A stretch of 64,000 nt of DNA from the IMG/VR virus record IMGVR_UViG_3300045988_177552, positions 98,231 to 162,230 of that record. The stretch is one strand, 5' to 3'. Below are positions 57,838-64,000 of the stretch, piece after piece. Under the pieces are notes generated by a model. That model was not told the DNA's origin. It worked only from the letters and a program-made list of their open reading frames with translations, and searched no databases. A program made the position numbers and the translations under genes. Source of the DNA: a virus. How positions within the stretch are numbered: position 1 is the first letter of the stretch; each line of letters opens with the position of its first letter.

Positions 57838-58896
57838 ATGAACAAGATCGTAGTTTACACATCAAATCTTGATGTAAATCCCAAAAACATGGGAGACGTC
57901 ATCGAGTTCGCAAAAAGAACACCGAAGTTCTACATTGCGTCTGTAGGGGCTAGTGAAACACTTGCCAATGTGAAACCAGGAGACCAGATTATTACTAAGA
58001 AGGGCAATTCCCTCTATGTAATTCGTGCGTTCGACAAAGACCTGGAGAATCTCTCTGACGAAGACCGTAACTATCTCGCCGAAATCAAGGGTGCGTACGG
58101 TGCTCGTAATATGAATATCACCAGTGTAGGTCAGATTATCAAGTTTGAGACCTGGTGCAAATCAGCAAAACCATTCATCAATTTAAAATCAGAAACAAAA
58201 ATGAAGAATTCAATCAGTGGCCTCAGTGCCCGTCTTAAGGAGCTCTATACTCCTACTGAAGCAAAGGATGTACGTGTAACCGCTCAGGGTGACATCTGTG
58301 TAGAAACAAAGAACGGCTTCGTAGCTATCGACGCCAATGGTAAGCTCAACTCATACGTAGAGGAGCTCACTGTGAAGCTGCCTTGCTACATCATGTCAAA
58401 GCCCGCTAATGCTCTCCAGCCTGGTGATATTCTCGCCCTGGATAAGAGCTACGCAAAGGTTACTGAAGTGAAGGGTGACAAGATCTCTGCTATCGGCTAT
58501 ACCGGTGCAGTCAAGACCATCCGCACTATCAACGACGTCCTGTTCAACCAGACCATGGTACGCGTTGTCGTATCTCTCGCTGGCAATCTCGGCGGTGGTG
58601 CACTCAACCCTCTTATGTTGATGCTCCTCAGCGACGACGAAGAGAAGTCTAGCAAGAAGGACCTCCTGCCTCTGCTCATGATGAGCCAGAACGGTGGTGC
58701 ACTTCAGGCTAATCCCCTGATGATGCTCGCCCTCACAAAGGACGGTGAAGGATCTTCTATGAAGGACCTCCTGATGCTCAGCGCTATGTCTAGTAATGGC
58801 ATGAACCTTTTTGCTGGTCTCGGTGCTCAGCCTGCCGCTCCTGCAACTAACGCAACTGGTGCAGCACAGGCAGCTGATCCTAAGGCCGCTGAATAA
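57838..58896 (+). CDS. abundant hypothetical protein with C-terminal Met/Leu-rich triple repeat
   Basis: 352 aa, high GC and codon bias; repeats NPLMLMLLSDDEEKSSKKDLL / LMMSQ.. / LMMLALTKDGEGSSMKDLL; long 5' leader. Confidence 0.45.
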   Translation: MNKIVVYTSNLDVNPKNMGDVIEFAKRTPKFYIASVGASETLANVKPGDQIITKKGNSLYVIRAFDKDLENLSDEDRNYLAEIKGAYGARNMNITSVGQIIKFETWCKSAKPFINLKSETKMKNSISGLSARLKELYTPTEAKDVRVTAQGDICVETKNGFVAIDANGKLNSYVEELTVKLPCYIMSKPANALQPGDILALDKSYAKVTEVKGDKISAIGYTGAVKTIRTINDVLFNQTMVRVVVSLAGNLGGGALNPLMLMLLSDDEEKSSKKDLLPLLMMSQNGGALQANPLMMLALTKDGEGSSMKDLLMLSAMSSNGMNLFAGLGAQPAAPATNATGAAQAADPKAAE

Positions 58897-58967
58897 ATAA
58901 TAAATGGAGCTACTTTACTGTGGGAGTAGTTCCATTCTTTTTGTTAATATCAAACTTTTTAGCATAG

Positions 58968-59795
58968 ATGGAAAATTTTTCATGTGGGATATTAAGTTTA
59001 TGCACAATGTATAAATGTGATTTTGATGGACATTCCATTGATCACTTTTCAGATTGTGAGTCAGCCGCTTGTTTTGGCGGTTATACTGGGCTTCTCAGGA
59101 AAGAAAAATACAGGCCACAGGAGAAACTTGATGTAACTCTGGATATCAAAATAAGAACGTTCGATCACTTCCTTGAGGATCATAAGGGAAAGAATAACTT
59201 TTGCCTCTTAGGGAAGAAAGATATTGAGGAGCATTTCGCTTATCTCAGTGAAACCTATTGTATCGATTGTTCTGTTCAGGTTTTCGGAGACGATTGGAAG
59301 GAGCTCGAAGATGATAAGTTGCCTGAGGAGAATTATTACCTCAAGCTTCATCTCAACGCTACTCCAGGACAGCAGGTATTTGCCCTGACTTGGTGTAGAC
59401 ATCTTTACGAGTTTCCGTTCAATATGTTCCTCCTTGATGCACTTCGTCTTAAGAAGGAGTTTGGGGAATTCAGGAACGAACACCTAGCCAATATCATCCA
59501 AGTAGTCGGATCTTCTTTTGCTAAGGTCTCATACTATAGAGGTGATCAGTGTCTGTGTGAGCCTCAGAAAGAGTTGATAACAGAGGATAGACTCTGTAAA
59601 CACTTGACTTCTCACAAGACGATAACAAGTGCTTGGAATTCACTGTCGGAAGAAAAGCGACAGGCAATTAAGCCGCTCCTTTCTAATGAGGATACTTTGA
59701 AGAAGTCAACCTACTGGCTCGATCCTCAGACTTTTGACGAGAGGAAGAATATCTATCTCCAGAACTATATGTCAATTTATAATTTTATAGGATGA
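58968..59795 (+). CDS. hypothetical protein, paralog A1 of duplicated module
   Basis: 275 aa; paralogous to 60375..61169 (LTWCRHLYEFPFNMFLLDALRLKKEF vs LTWIRYIYEYPYNLILMDSRRLKKG). Confidence 0.4.
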   Translation: MENFSCGILSLCTMYKCDFDGHSIDHFSDCESAACFGGYTGLLRKEKYRPQEKLDVTLDIKIRTFDHFLEDHKGKNNFCLLGKKDIEEHFAYLSETYCIDCSVQVFGDDWKELEDDKLPEENYYLKLHLNATPGQQVFALTWCRHLYEFPFNMFLLDALRLKKEFGEFRNEHLANIIQVVGSSFAKVSYYRGDQCLCEPQKELITEDRLCKHLTSHKTITSAWNSLSEEKRQAIKPLLSNEDTLKKSTYWLDPQTFDERKNIYLQNYMSIYNFIG

Positions 59796-60430
59796 AAGAA
59801 AAAGCGATAAAAGTTTATGTAGTGGGTCCGTCTACAGGTTATTCTGGATTTATTGAGAATAAGGTACTTGTAGATAAGATGGAGGAGGCTCAAGTTGTAT
59901 TGTTTACTGGCGGAGAAGATATCAATCCCCGTCTCTATAACAAGGCTCCACATCACTCAGTCTATTATACGGACCGTCGTGATAAGATGGAAGTAGCTGC
60001 CTTTGAGAAAATAAGGCCGGGACAGATTGCCGTAGGTATATGTAGGGGCGCTCAATTATTCTGTGCTTTGTATGGTGGTATCTTAGTTCAGGACTGTGAC
60101 CGTCATTGGGGTCATGGCAAGCATACAATTACGAATGGAACTCAGGAATTTACTGTTACCTCCATTCACCACCAGATGCAATACCCTTATGACCTGCCTA
60201 ATGAGGATTATGAGGTCTTATTCTGGTCAGAGGGGAGAAGCTCCTACTATGAAGGCGATGGTGTTGACCCAAAGAAGATAAAGGAATTCGGAGAGCCTGA
60301 GGTTACTGTTTTCCATCGTGAAGGTATGCCGTTGTGTTTCGGAATTCAAGGACACCCCGAGATGATGGATAGAAATGATCCGTTCGTTAAGTGGGTTAAT
60401 GAGAAAATCCATGAATACGTTGAAGGATGA
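59792..60430 (+). CDS. class-I glutamine amidotransferase-like / C26 gamma-glutamyl hydrolase-like protein (copy 1)
   Basis: nucleophile elbow GICRGAQLF, IQGHPE His-Glu motif. Confidence 0.6.
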   Translation: MKEKAIKVYVVGPSTGYSGFIENKVLVDKMEEAQVVLFTGGEDINPRLYNKAPHHSVYYTDRRDKMEVAAFEKIRPGQIAVGICRGAQLFCALYGGILVQDCDRHWGHGKHTITNGTQEFTVTSIHHQMQYPYDLPNEDYEVLFWSEGRSSYYEGDGVDPKKIKEFGEPEVTVFHREGMPLCFGIQGHPEMMDRNDPFVKWVNEKIHEYVEG

Positions 60431-61169
60431 AATTACTGGGAGAACCTCTTATTATACCTGTTATAGGAACGGTAACGATAAGATTAAGAGGGGACAAGGA
60501 TGTTTCAGCTCTATCTTCTATAAGGGCAAATTAGATGATATCTCTAGTAGGACGTATCATGTCTATGCCTTTATCGGATTTGGTTGTACAGTAAGTAATA
60601 ACTGTTTCATGACCAAAGAGGAAGTGGAGGAACACCTGGGATACCTCAATGATATTGTTCCCCTAGAGCGTTATTCAGTTAAAGAGACAAAGTTTCCTTA
60701 TCCTGGTACAAAAGGAATTCCAGCTTTTGATATATCCATAAAGCTTAAGAATCAGAGGAGAATAAAACATAAGTATGCCTTGACTTGGATAAGGTATATC
60801 TATGAATATCCTTACAATCTTATTCTCATGGATTCAAGGAGGCTGAAAAAGGGATTGCTTCAGGATGAAACGATGATTAATCTCTTTACTCTCGTTGTTA
60901 GATGTTTTAAGTGTAGTAAATATATGTATGGCGCAGGTCATGCAATGCCATTACCGGCTTCATCTGGTTTCATTTCAGATGTAGATGTTATCAAGAAATT
61001 GGATGGCACACTGAAACTTAATTCAATCTTCCCAACGACTTCAGTGAAGGTACCAACATTGCCGGGAGGCTCAGAAACCAAGTTCTTAGAATATTGGGCG
61101 GCAAATGAGTACTTTGATCAGAGAGCCAAGATTTATATGGAAGCATATAAAAAACTAAAAGGACAATGA
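60375..61169 (+). CDS. hypothetical protein, paralog A2
   Basis: 264 aa, paralog of 58968..59795. Confidence 0.4.
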   Translation: MIRSLSGLMRKSMNTLKDEITGRTSYYTCYRNGNDKIKRGQGCFSSIFYKGKLDDISSRTYHVYAFIGFGCTVSNNCFMTKEEVEEHLGYLNDIVPLERYSVKETKFPYPGTKGIPAFDISIKLKNQRRIKHKYALTWIRYIYEYPYNLILMDSRRLKKGLLQDETMINLFTLVVRCFKCSKYMYGAGHAMPLPASSGFISDVDVIKKLDGTLKLNSIFPTTSVKVPTLPGGSETKFLEYWAANEYFDQRAKIYMEAYKKLKGQ

Positions 61170-61792
61170 AAAATTTAAAAGTTTACGTAGTGGGTGGATC
61201 ACTTAGGTATTCCTCGTTTATCAAGGAATGTGAAGTGGTTGATGACATAAAATCCGCCCAGGTAGTGATATTTACAGGAGGTGAAGATGTTTCGCCTTCA
61301 ATGTATGGTTGTAGGAAACATAAGAAAACATCTTGCAACTTAGAACGTGATAAGAAAGAGGAGAAGATCTTTAAGAGCATTCGTCAGGATCAGTTGGTGA
61401 TTGGCGTATGTAGGGGATCTCAGCTCCTGTGTGTGTTAAATGGTGGAATCCTCGTGCAAGACGTGCCAGGTCATGCAACAGGAAGAACGCACGAGATAAC
61501 AAATGGTGAGATGGCATATCAGATTACGTCCACACATCACCAAATGCAGTATCCGTATGTATTGAATGAGAAAGAGTATTCTGTTCTCTACTGGTCATCC
61601 CTCAATGCTGGAAATTACGAGGGAGATAAGGTAGACGGAAATATCATAATGGAAAAGGGAGAGCCAGAGATTGTGCTTTATAAGAAAAAAGGAAAGCCTA
61701 CCTGTCTGGCTATTCAAGGGCATCCCGAAATGATGGTTGATGCCCCGGTTGTTGATATGTTAAATAAATTAATTGAAGAATATGTACATTGA
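61166..61792 (+). CDS. class-I glutamine amidotransferase-like / C26 protein (copy 2)
   Basis: GVCRGSQLL, IQGHPEMM; paralog of 59792..60430. Confidence 0.6.
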   Translation: MKNLKVYVVGGSLRYSSFIKECEVVDDIKSAQVVIFTGGEDVSPSMYGCRKHKKTSCNLERDKKEEKIFKSIRQDQLVIGVCRGSQLLCVLNGGILVQDVPGHATGRTHEITNGEMAYQITSTHHQMQYPYVLNEKEYSVLYWSSLNAGNYEGDKVDGNIIMEKGEPEIVLYKKKGKPTCLAIQGHPEMMVDAPVVDMLNKLIEEYVH

Positions 61793-62132
61793 AGATTTTA
61801 CAGTAGGTTCAGATCCCGAGTTGTTCATTATTAACGAGAAGACGGGAAAAGTAGTATCATCAATAGGTCTTATCCCTGGAGTAAAGGGAGAACCATGGGT
61901 TGGTAGTGATATGCCAAGTGGTTTCGGACTGGAGACTGACAATATCTTGGCGGAGTTCAACATTCCACCAGTGACTGATTGCGAGAATTTCGTGAATAAT
62001 ATCCAGTATATGAAGGATTATATCACGAAGTTTGTGAAGAGCCAAAATCCTGATCTGGGTATCAGGTGTATAGCATCTCAGATGGTTGATGCAAGCCAAT
62101 TACAAAGTGAAGAAGCACAGTTATTCGGTTAA
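61773..62132 (+). CDS. carboxylate-amine ligase (GCS2/amidoligase-like) N-terminal segment, putative exon 1
   Basis: FTVGSDPELFIIN resembles the GCS2 N-terminal hxhGxExEh motif; ORF stops exactly at start of structured insert. Confidence 0.45.
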   Translation: MKNMYIEDFTVGSDPELFIINEKTGKVVSSIGLIPGVKGEPWVGSDMPSGFGLETDNILAEFNIPPVTDCENFVNNIQYMKDYITKFVKSQNPDLGIRCIASQMVDASQLQSEEAQLFG

Positions 62133-62664
62133 AAAAAATAGCCGCCTACTAGGATTAATAGTAGGAAAATCGGACAAAAACGGTGAATAAATACCAAGAG
62201 TATATTGTTTAAATACCGTGATAACTCTGAGGATTGCGAAAGGCTTCAGAGTATTGTAGAGCGTAGGAAGTGAATAAATATAATCTTCCCAAGAGTGCCC
62301 GACATGAAAATGAAAATGTACGCCGAACTATAGCGAGAATTGGTGTAGCTATAGAAGTCTAGATAAAAAGCTAGGCGATAACATAATTGTGTGATCCTGA
62401 CTTCAACGCATACACACTTTCTGAGAACCCTAAACCAGAGGGAACAGCAACAAATCTGAGAAGTGCGGGTCGGTGGAAAGGCCCGAGAGCATAGTAATAT
62501 GTTCTTGAGAATAGATCAAAAACGGTAAACGAGTAAAATATAATGTCTTGGATACCGTGCTAATTATAAATTTAAAATGTTTATAACAGTGTAACGCATA
62601 GAGATTGAACCTGAGAAATCAGAATAAAATATCTCCACGAGTGATCTACCCCATGAGTTAATTG
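62130..62664 (+). other. candidate self-splicing (group I-like) intron, ORF-less
   Basis: 535-nt ORF-free insert starting with TAA; perfect hairpins cctacta/tagtagg, ctatagc/gctatag, ctctgagg/cttcagag; repeats ataccgtg, aaaacggt; R-like TTCAGAG element; joining 62129|62665 is in frame. Confidence 0.3.
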
Positions 62665-63123
62665 TGGGTGAAAATATATGCTGAACTTACGGAAAATATT
62701 TGGAACCGTAAGAACTGTGGGATAAAAAGCCTGCAGGTTAACAAATTGTTTCATATACATCTTGGATATCCGCATAACAATCAGGACGCATCCGTTGAAC
62801 TGGTAAAATACTTGGACTGCTATCTTGGAGTTCCTTCTATTGTTGAGGATCCTGATACAAAGCGTCGTTCCCTCTATGGAAAGGCTGGTGCATTCAGACT
62901 TCAAGATTGGGGAGTTGAGTATAGGTCCCTCTCATCTTATATGATGAGGAATGAGGAGTCCTTGAGGAAAGTTTGGAAGGGAGTACGACGTGCTATCCAT
63001 GCTTTCAATGAGGGATATGATCGTCCCGCTGAGAGTGATGTAGTAACGTGCATTAACAAGAGCAACGTCAACCTTGCAAAAGAACTCATCAAGGAGTATA
63101 ATCTTGAGTTTGATATTCACTAA
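62662..63123 (+). CDS. carboxylate-amine ligase C-terminal segment, putative exon 2
   Basis: no in-frame ATG near start (TTG called); FHIHLGYP resembles the GCS2 H-x-H-x-G catalytic motif. Confidence 0.4.
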   Translation: MWVKIYAELTENIWNRKNCGIKSLQVNKLFHIHLGYPHNNQDASVELVKYLDCYLGVPSIVEDPDTKRRSLYGKAGAFRLQDWGVEYRSLSSYMMRNEESLRKVWKGVRRAIHAFNEGYDRPAESDVVTCINKSNVNLAKELIKEYNLEFDIH

Positions 63124-63135
63124 CGGTTTAAGCTT

Positions 63136-64000
63136 ATGTGTGGAATCGCAGGTATATTGAATTTAAAGCCGAAGAAATTAGATTACGCAACCTTCACTTC
63201 AATGGGAATCTTGAATGATGAACGTGGTGGAGACGCTTGTGGTATCTTCATTGACGGCGACGTAGACTATGGAACCGCCGTGGATGATCGGCATTTCAGA
63301 GATTATTTCACAAAGAGTACTGTCCTGAAAGAGGCCAGGGATAAGAAAGTTAATATCGCCCTAGTTCATTGCAGGAAAGCCTCTGTTGGTGGTGTAGCTC
63401 CAGAGAAGGCTCAGCCAGTTGTTCTAAAAGACTCTAAGGGTAATGTGAGGTTCGTTATGATTCATAATGGAACTGTTCACAACTACGAGGCCTTAGCGAA
63501 GAAGTATATTCCTGATGTTAAAATCGAGGGTCTTACTGATTCACAGGTCTTGGCTAGGATATTCTATTACAAGGGATATGAGTGTCTTAGTGAGTATAAT
63601 GGTGGAGCAGCTTTCGTAACTGTAGATTATAGACAGCCCACTCCATTGGTATTGATGTGGAGAGGAGCTTCTAAGAAGACTGATGTTTCGAAAGAGGTTA
63701 CTGAAGAAAGGCCGTTGTGGTTTGTTTATAATAAAAAGAAGGCAGAGCTCGTATTCTGCTCTATTCCAGAAATCCTAGAAGCTTGTCGGCCTGATGAAAC
63801 ACTCTATAGGCCAGTTGAAAATAAGCTGGTTACATTCAGGTGGGATGACGAGAAGCCAGGAGAAGCTGAAGTTTATGTTCATGCTTCCTATTCTCGTGAT
63901 AAGTGTACCCAGACTAAGGAGTATACAGGAACGACTACCTATTATGGAGGTGGTTATTCTGGTTCCTACAACTGGGGAAGGTCTAGTGGTGTATCTTCTG
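63136..64000 (+). CDS. class-II (Ntn-type) glutamine amidotransferase, partial at window end
   Basis: N-terminal MCGIAG nucleophile Cys2; frame open to end of window. Confidence 0.6.
   Translation, partial: MCGIAGILNLKPKKLDYATFTSMGILNDERGGDACGIFIDGDVDYGTAVDDRHFRDYFTKSTVLKEARDKKVNIALVHCRKASVGGVAPEKAQPVVLKDSKGNVRFVMIHNGTVHNYEALAKKYIPDVKIEGLTDSQVLARIFYYKGYECLSEYNGGAAFVTVDYRQPTPLVLMWRGASKKTDVSKEVTEERPLWFVYNKKKAELVFCSIPEILEACRPDETLYRPVENKLVTFRWDDEKPGEAEVYVHASYSRDKCTQTKEYTGTTTYYGGGYSGSYNWGRSSGVSS

Noticed and set aside
57620-57841. 73-aa ORF as a real protein-coding gene
   Set aside because: It has an ATG directly after a promoter motif, but it overlaps the tRNA-like fold and lies in the long leader of a high-expression gene. 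The call is left ambiguous rather than made as a CDS.
1-64000. CRISPR array, integrase and attachment sites
   Set aside because: No regular repeat-spacer structure and no recombinase- or integrase-like ORF anywhere in the window. The tRNA-like fragment at 57717 is therefore not interpreted as an attP core.

Overview
AT-rich (about 36-38% GC), gene-dense window (over 85 predicted genes, short or overlapping gaps, long same-strand runs). It looks like a replication, metabolism and host-takeover region of a large virulent phage. The host is probably in Bacteroidota, but this rests only on the AT-rich promoter-like motifs. No capsid, tail, terminase or integrase genes were recognised, and no CRISPR array. 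Recognisable content: (1) proteostasis genes: Clp/Hsp100 two-domain ATPase, ClpP, a P-loop ATPase fused to an FtsH-like M41 zinc protease, GroEL/GroES and an M42 aminopeptidase; (2) DNA metabolism: fused Mre11/SbcD-Rad50/SbcC with zinc hook, SWIM zinc-finger protein, FEN-like nuclease, a DnaB-like helicase interrupted by a 150-aa mini-intein in its P-loop with a free-standing HNH endonuclease directly downstream, NAD-dependent DNA ligase-like protein, dUTPase, endonuclease V, GMP reductase/IMPDH-family enzyme, SF2 helicase-like protein; (3) an NAD salvage operon (PncB, 404-aa unknown, PncA) plus macro-domain and SLOG/DUF2493 proteins; (4) membrane-associated functions: flotillin/SPFH protein, PlsC-like acyltransferase, small membrane proteins; (5) actin-like ParM-family ATPase, two radical-SAM proteins, three ABC/AAA_21-like ATPases, three metallophosphoesterases; (6) at the right end, a tandemly duplicated [unknown + class-I glutamine amidotransferase/C26] pair, then a carboxylate-amine ligase (amidoligase) that appears split by a 535-nt structured ORF-less insert (candidate group I intron), then an Ntn-type class-II amidotransferase. 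This looks like a peptide or metabolite amidation system. Non-coding signals: a conserved two-part promoter-like motif at over 20 gene 5' ends, a tRNA-like element lacking the anticodon arm in a long 5' leader, GC-rich structured intergenic RNA candidates, and conserved convergent-terminator motifs. All calls are by eye from translated motifs; no searches were run.
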